Below, piece after piece: positions 43,186-44,359 of a DNA stretch of 44,359 nucleotides. Positions within the stretch are counted from its first letter, which is position 1; the number at the start of each line of letters is the position of its first letter. The notes beneath the pieces were generated by a model, which searched no databases, was not told the origin of the DNA, and saw only the letters and a list, made by a program, of their open reading frames with translations. A program made the position numbers and the translations under genes. The DNA comes from Nitrososphaeria archaeon. Lineage in GTDB: Archaea > Thermoproteota > Nitrososphaeria > JACIWG01. Location: the NCBI GenBank assembly GCA_029776125.1, contig JARVJS010000021.1:1-44359 (forward strand). The letters are read 5' to 3'.

Positions 43186-44007
43186 CTAGTACTTCACAAT
43201 TATTCCCTCTTTTAATAAATCTCCCACTTCTTTAATACACTCTTTGGGCAACCTTTCCTCTGCTTGTATCTCTGTCCAACCTCCTGCGATTCGCCTTACC
43301 GCTTTTATAGAAGTAAATATGCCCCTTTGCGCCAGAGACATACGTAGTAGTTCTTCAGGTAAAGAAATGGAATTTCTGCTTACAGTGATAATTATTTTAG
43401 GAGTGTTGTTTTCAACCACCCCCCTCACGCTTGTAACAAAAAAAGGCAGGATTTGCCCTTCCCTGTAGTGCCCTCTTTCTTTAGGAGTCTGATGCTCCAG
43501 AGGACACTGCCCTATCAAATCCCTTCCTGCCTTTATTGTTGCATGAGGATTTTTAATTTTTACATAAAGTGTGTTTTTGATGATTCTAAAAATAGGAGCA
43601 AAAACAACAGTTCTCACTAATTTCTTTGCGTCTTCAAAAATTTTGAATGCTTGATAAATATAAAAACGAAAAGATAACCTCTCTTTAACATACTTAAAAG
43701 CTTCTTTTTTTATTTGAGAGGGTTGAATCTCTCTTACCGCAAAATCGGTGTAAATATAAATCCTGCATTCAGGTTTCAGATAAACCTGAATATCATGCCC
43801 AATATATTCACTTAACGCCAAACTAATAGCTGATTCTGCAATCTCTACCGATTCTTCTATGGACAGCTCGTATTTTTCTGCCAGTTCCTCTATAGCATCA
43901 ATAAGAGAACCAAAAATTTCTATGTCCCTTTGATTATAACTTATTGTCCTGTTTTTCTCAGTAGAACTGGACCGCAATGACATATTTTCTTGTGTGAAAT
44001 CTAACAT
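43186..44007 (-). CDS. NusA-like protein (NTD plus S1-like plus first KH-like segment only)
   Basis: 273 aa. GQCPLEHQTPKERGHYREGQILPFFVTSV and PKIIITVSRNSISLPEELLRMSL ... IKAVRRIAGGWTEIQAEE align by eye with E. coli NusA ([28 protein letters not shown] and [25 protein letters not shown] ... IKAAARDPGSRAKIAV). Confidence 0.55.
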   Translation of the reverse strand: MLDFTQENMSLRSSSTEKNRTISYNQRDIEIFGSLIDAIEELAEKYELSIEESVEIAESAISLALSEYIGHDIQVYLKPECRIYIYTDFAVREIQPSQIKKEAFKYVKERLSFRFYIYQAFKIFEDAKKLVRTVVFAPIFRIIKNTLYVKIKNPHATIKAGRDLIGQCPLEHQTPKERGHYREGQILPFFVTSVRGVVENNTPKIIITVSRNSISLPEELLRMSLAQRGIFTSIKAVRRIAGGWTEIQAEERLPKECIKEVGDLLKEGIIVKY

Positions 44008-44010
44008 ACC

Positions 44011-44063
44011 CTCTGTATATAGGGTACTTCAGTGTATCCTTACTGGATAAGGACTTTTGAAGG
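44011..44063 (-). promoter_or_regulatory. Element promoter-like motif, copy 10 (class B), abutting the NusA-like ATG
   Basis: Transcribed strand reads CCTTCAAAAGTCCTTATCCAGTAAGGATACACTGAAGTACCCTATATACAGAG, then GGT, then ATG (44007). Confidence 0.6.
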
Positions 44064-44202
44064 AGACACAAAACTATCTTGTCATTTTTTTGCTGTTAAC
44101 TGTTTTTTGTCGTGAACTACTCCTGCCTTACGGAAGGAGTCTTCCCGGCAAGGGAGATAAAAAACAAGGCAAAAACTGACAATTACGAATAGCGGTGAAA
44201 AG

Positions 44203-44359
44203 TTAATCAAGTAGAAAATTTTTTTGTTGAGAGTAACAAAAAATAAAATCCTGCATAAATTCAGACAAATTTTTTTGTGTTAAACCTATATCTTCGTGGT
44301 CTATTTTAATGTTTTGTAAATATTCTAGTCCTATTCCTAGGCTGTTACAAATTTGATCT
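44203..44359 (-). CDS. 3' end of a gene truncated by the window edge; possible HTH (XRE-like) regulator
   Basis: My hand translation: DQICNSLGIGLEYLQNIKIDHEDIGLTQKNLSEFMQDFIFCYSQQKNFLLD, ending at a stop codon (TAA 44203-44205). ICNSLGIGLEYL looks like helix 3 of an XRE HTH. Only 51 codons are visible. Confidence 0.3.
   Translation of the reverse strand, partial: DQICNSLGIGLEYLQNIKIDHEDIGLTQKNLSEFMQDFIFCYSQQKNFLLD

Larger units (their letters stand above)
3524..44359. mobile_element. Conjugative element (plasmid or ICE) transfer region: recombinase/methylase, F-type T4SS, type IV pilus module, relaxase/T4CP module
   Basis: Contiguous tra/trb gene set, tyrosine recombinase, coupling ATPase and relaxase-like protein. 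A shared 10-copy promoter-like motif links all blocks. True ends are not visible in the window. Confidence 0.75.

Noticed and set aside
154-43468. The many 60-114-aa plus-strand ORFs in the track (for example 154-375, 2016-2270, 7397-7708, 12321-12557, 17929-18162, 28578-28856, 36003-36347, 41626-41916), plus same-strand alternate-frame ORFs 8504-8827 and 14046-14282
   Set aside because: All are nested in longer, family-assignable minus-strand genes, lack SD sequences and have low-complexity or odd compositions. They are typical shadow ORFs in AT-rich DNA.
3524-44063. Whether the 10 repeated motifs could be a CRISPR array, MITEs or REP elements
   Set aside because: The copies are kilobases apart, not regularly spaced and have no spacer structure. 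They show no terminal inverted repeats or target duplications. Strict co-orientation with downstream genes favours promoters.
1-44359. tRNA/tmRNA genes or obvious att direct repeats marking ICE ends, and rRNA genes
   Set aside because: By eye I saw no cloverleaf-like GC-rich segments (no GGTTCGAATCC-type T-arms) and no long direct repeats at the two edges. The element ends are probably outside the window, or the replicon is a plasmid.

Overview
AT-rich window (about one-third G+C by eye). All but one supported gene lies on the minus strand. From about 3.5 to 44.1 kb it is the transfer region of a conjugative element (plasmid or ICE). It holds a complete F-type (MPF-F) type IV secretion set: traA, traL-E-K-B-V, traH-G, and dsbC-trbI-S26 peptidase-traF-traC-traN-traW-traU-trbC. 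It also holds a MOB-H-like HD-domain relaxase candidate with a coupling ATPase. Unusually, there is a second filament machine of the type IV pilus/T2SS kind: lipoprotein secretin, two pilins, PilB-type ATPase with an MshEN c-di-GMP-binding N-terminus, PilC platform, three assembly-like proteins and a 534-aa pilin-anchored glycine-rich protein. An HD-GYP c-di-GMP phosphodiesterase sits next to it. The left end carries a XerC/D-like tyrosine recombinase, an orphan N6-adenine methyltransferase and a capsule/exopolysaccharide operon (Wza-like exporter, GT4, KpsC-like). The strongest non-coding signal is a 30-55 bp motif (core CTATATATAGGGTAC on the plus strand) present 10 times. Nine copies lie wholly in an intergenic gap; the copy at 5658-5689 is intergenic only if the recombinase starts at 5655. 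Every copy is co-oriented with the gene block it precedes (9 minus, 1 plus). I read it as an element-specific promoter/operator family with two sub-classes that splits the element into about 9 transcription units. Other notable points:
- A 1364-aa TraN with two SLH domains and tandem Cys modules.
- A TraK with an N-terminal SH3b domain.
- A truncated NusA-like protein heading the mobilisation operon.
- A 28-bp dif-like palindrome beside the recombinase.
- A 59-aa RHH-like ORF missing from the ORF track.
I found no rRNA, tRNA or CRISPR array. All family assignments come from remembered motifs, not from searches.
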